Source: Gemmatimonas sp. (GTDB lineage: Bacteria; Gemmatimonadota; Gemmatimonadetes; Gemmatimonadales; Gemmatimonadaceae). Taken from it: 64,000 nt of DNA. The notes under the pieces were generated by a model. It saw nothing but the letters and a program-made list of their open reading frames with translations. It did not search any database and was not told the DNA's origin. The DNA lies in the NCBI GenBank assembly GCA_031414535.1, contig JANNVQ010000049.1:64001-128000 (forward strand), read 5' to 3'. Both the position numbers and the translations under genes were made by a program. Shown in pieces: positions 59,679 to 64,000 of this stretch (its first letter is position 1; every line of letters begins with the position of its first letter).

Positions 59679-61118
59679 ATGATGTCAATTTTTCGCCTAC
59701 TTGCCCTGTTGCTTTTGATGCTGCCGCCTGCACTCCAAGCGCAGGGGTCGGCGGTCACGCGCCGCGATCTCGCGGACGCGTACCTCATGATTGATCGCAT
59801 CGCGATGACGCGCGGGCTTCCCGTGGCCCAGCGTGCGGATTGGAACCGTGATTTCGACCGCACAACGCTGGCCTTCTTTGGCGGCGACTTTCCGCGTGTG
59901 TTGCGCCAGATGCACGACCTTACCGCACGCATGTTGGGCGATTCTGCGCTGGCGAGCCCGACTCGCCAATTGCTGGCCCTGCGGCTGCGCACGACTCCTC
60001 GAGTCTTCACTCCCCGTGACTCTACGCTTCAGCTCACGGTCAAAGTGATGTATGCCGATACATCTATACAGACCGCTCGTGCGTTGATGCTACGCATTGT
60101 GCGTCAGGACGGAACCGTCGCGCTGACTCGGGAACTCGTGATTCCCGCCGGTGCCGCCGCCGGAAGCGAGTACGCCGTGAGCCTGCCCACATCGGGCCTC
60201 ATACTCGACCGCGGCCGCTTCATCGCTGAAGCCACATTGGCTGGTGCACAGATGACTCTCCGCGCCCAGCTGTTTGCTATGAGTATGAGCGCGGACTCGG
60301 CCCGAGCTGAACTCGGACGCATGGCCGGGCTTGTCGAAGCCAAAGCCGACCCGCAGCTGCGCGCCTCGCTTCGTGCGAGACTTACCCTCCTTGCAGACCG
60401 ACCGGACGAGAGCAGCTCTGCGCAGTTTCTCGCTGACCCTGTCGCAATCTCGGATGCCATTCTGCAGGAGATCGAAGCCGTTGATGCCGGCCGCGATCCG
60501 TACCGGCGCACCGGTGATGTGTGGCGCGTACTCAAGATGCCCAACGGGGAAGTGCCGCTTCGACTCTACGTACCGCCGCAGGCGCGCACGGGCCGCGCAA
60601 TGCCCGTCGTGATTGCGCTCCATGGGGCAGGCGCAGATGAAAACATGTTTCTCGAGGGATACGGAGCTGGCCGCCTCCGTGATCTCGCGGACTCTGCGGG
60701 ATTCGTCCTCCTCTCACCACTGACCACGGCATTCGTGCGAGAGCCCGGCACGCTCGATTCTGCGCTCGCATTGATTGCACGCTCCGCAACAATCGATCGC
60801 CAGCGCGTGTATCTCATTGGGCATTCGATGGGTGGCGCCGCAACCATTCGCATCGCGACCGAGTCACGCGATCAGATTCGTGCTGCGGTAGTACTAGCTG
60901 GTACGGGTGCGCTTCCTCCTGGCGGTCGCATTGCACCCACGCTGTTCATCGGTGCGGAAACAGATTTGGTGATTCCCGTCACGCGCGTGCGTGTGACCTA
61001 TGACCAGTTCCTCGCTGCGGGTGCGCCGGTAGAATATGAGCAGGCGAATGGATGGGGTCACACTCTGATAGTTGGGGCACGTTTAGAGCGCGCAGTGCAT
61101 TGGTTATTGCAACGCTAG
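59679..61118 (+). CDS. Secreted alpha/beta hydrolase (esterase-like)
   Basis: Signal peptide, VIALHGAG, GHSMGG, C-terminal GWGH. Confidence 0.8.
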   Translation: MMSIFRLLALLLLMLPPALQAQGSAVTRRDLADAYLMIDRIAMTRGLPVAQRADWNRDFDRTTLAFFGGDFPRVLRQMHDLTARMLGDSALASPTRQLLALRLRTTPRVFTPRDSTLQLTVKVMYADTSIQTARALMLRIVRQDGTVALTRELVIPAGAAAGSEYAVSLPTSGLILDRGRFIAEATLAGAQMTLRAQLFAMSMSADSARAELGRMAGLVEAKADPQLRASLRARLTLLADRPDESSSAQFLADPVAISDAILQEIEAVDAGRDPYRRTGDVWRVLKMPNGEVPLRLYVPPQARTGRAMPVVIALHGAGADENMFLEGYGAGRLRDLADSAGFVLLSPLTTAFVREPGTLDSALALIARSATIDRQRVYLIGHSMGGAATIRIATESRDQIRAAVVLAGTGALPPGGRIAPTLFIGAETDLVIPVTRVRVTYDQFLAAGAPVEYEQANGWGHTLIVGARLERAVHWLLQR

Positions 61119-61160
61119 ATGCACTGAAAATCCTCCCCACTTTTTATTGGAGTCTGTGTC

Positions 61161-61700
61161 GTGTCTATTCGCTCAACCTCGCTCATTGCTGTTGCTCTCG
61201 CTTCCGTGGCTTGCTCGCGCAAGGCACCAGAGACGCCGGCACCCGCCATCAGCGACGCCAACATCGCCGCCATCGTGGTGACGGCCAACACCATTGATAT
61301 CCAGTACGCAGACCTCGCCCTCGCTAAGAGCCAGGATGCGGACGTTCGGGAGTTCGCAACCATGGTCAAGCGCGATCACCAGTCCGTGAATGAAGCCGCT
61401 GGTGCGCTCGTCACGCGCCTAGGCGTGACCCCCGAGATGAACAGCGTTGCATTTGACCTTCGCGATAATGCTGAGACCAAGCGCCTCACGCTGCGCGACT
61501 TCGAAGGCGCGGCTTTTGATTCCGCCTATGCGGCCAATGAAGTGGCATATCACACCACCGTGCTCGGCGCGATCGACGGCGCCTTGATTCCGTCCGCGCA
61601 AAACGCGGAACTGAAGGCACTGCTCGTCGCGGTACGTCCCGCGGTGGCGGCGCACCTTCAGCACGCACGCGAACTCGCATCCAAGAAGTCGCGCCGCTAA
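61161..61700 (+). CDS. DUF4142 ferritin-like lipoprotein
   Basis: Lipobox-like LASVAC, VREFA.MV.RDH, GAAFD.AY..NEVAYH, AHLQHA. Confidence 0.8.
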   Translation: MSIRSTSLIAVALASVACSRKAPETPAPAISDANIAAIVVTANTIDIQYADLALAKSQDADVREFATMVKRDHQSVNEAAGALVTRLGVTPEMNSVAFDLRDNAETKRLTLRDFEGAAFDSAYAANEVAYHTTVLGAIDGALIPSAQNAELKALLVAVRPAVAAHLQHARELASKKSRR

Positions 61701-62032
61701 TGCGCTCTTTCGCGGTGGGCGCGGCGCTTCTTGGAGTGGTCGTGGCCTGCGGCGCTACCGCAGCCAAGTCCAACACCTCGCGCCTTGAGATTGCGATGCG
61801 CGGCAACTCCTATGGGCCGCGACGCGCCGAAGTCACGCTCGGCGACACCATCGTTTGGATCAACCGCGACATTGTGCGGCACGATGCGGTGAAGCCGGGA
61901 CTGTTCAATTCCGGCGAACTCATTGGTGGCGAGAGCTTCCAGTGGATTCCCTCTGACACAGGTGTGGTGGAGTATCGCTGCACCATCCACCAGCGGATGC
62001 GCGGCGAAATCCGGATTGTTCCCAAGAGCTAA
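61700..62032 (+). CDS. Small cupredoxin (amicyanin/plastocyanin-like)
   Basis: GDTIVWINRDIVRHD and YRCTIHQRMRGEI give His/Cys/His/Met type-1 Cu ligands. Confidence 0.85.
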   Translation: MRSFAVGAALLGVVVACGATAAKSNTSRLEIAMRGNSYGPRRAEVTLGDTIVWINRDIVRHDAVKPGLFNSGELIGGESFQWIPSDTGVVEYRCTIHQRMRGEIRIVPKS

Positions 62033-62059
62033 GTCGTTGCATTAAATGGGGTTATGTGC

Positions 62060-62091
62060 AAGGCGGGGGTCATCTGACCCCCGCCTTTCTT
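62060..62091 (+). terminator. Intrinsic terminator
   Basis: AAGGCGGGGGTC-ATCT-GACCCCCGCCTT followed by TCTT. Confidence 0.7.
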
Positions 62092-62239
62092 ACACTCTGT
62101 AGGAAGTCGCGTATTCAGACTTCTGCAGTATCTGCACGTGAGCCGATCCAATACGGCCAAAAGTCTTTGAAAAATGCAAAAGTGCGCTTAAAATTGTGCA
62201 TCACTTGCAGTATCCGTAACACACCTACCGCCATCTCCA

Positions 62240-64000
<1,761 letters not shown>

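Noticed and set aside
62183..62209. NtrC box or sigma54 promoter upstream of glutamine synthetase III
   Set aside because: Only one NtrC-like half-site, and the -24 position reads TG rather than GG

Overview
GC-rich bacterial DNA, most likely from a phototrophic Gemmatimonadota (inferred from acsF sitting between bchFNBHLM and lhaA-puh, a split puhA, and the TonB-receptor type). Left accessory part (1-10.9 kb): the tail of a probable restriction-modification/defence locus ending in a C5 DNA methyltransferase, an intact IS256 with an 8-bp target duplication, a MarR-dioxygenase-YceI module, and a dense toxin-antitoxin cluster (orphan XRE, truncated BrnA-like ORF, HigBA, RHH-PIN, HipBA with three phased operators). 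11-21 kb: catabolic and envelope genes interspersed with short-unit tandem-repeat hairpins. 21.5-53.4 kb: half of a photosynthesis gene cluster (bchFNBHLM-bciE-acsF-lhaA-puhA(Ht,Hc)-puhBC; ppaA/aerR-ppsR-bchG-pucC-bchP-tspO) fused to a complete glutamyl-tRNA-to-protoporphyrin IX pathway (hemA,E,F,Y and hemC,D,B,L), a heme oxygenase and a BphP1-type bacteriophytochrome, with PpsR boxes at three intergenic sites. No puf, bchCXYZ, bchID or crt genes are in the window. After tRNA-Cys: a TonB-dependent receptor with a Spy/CpxP-like tail, a VTT pseudogene, amidase, hydrolase, DUF4142-cupredoxin and a partial glutamine synthetase III. All family calls come from motif recognition by eye; no searches were run.
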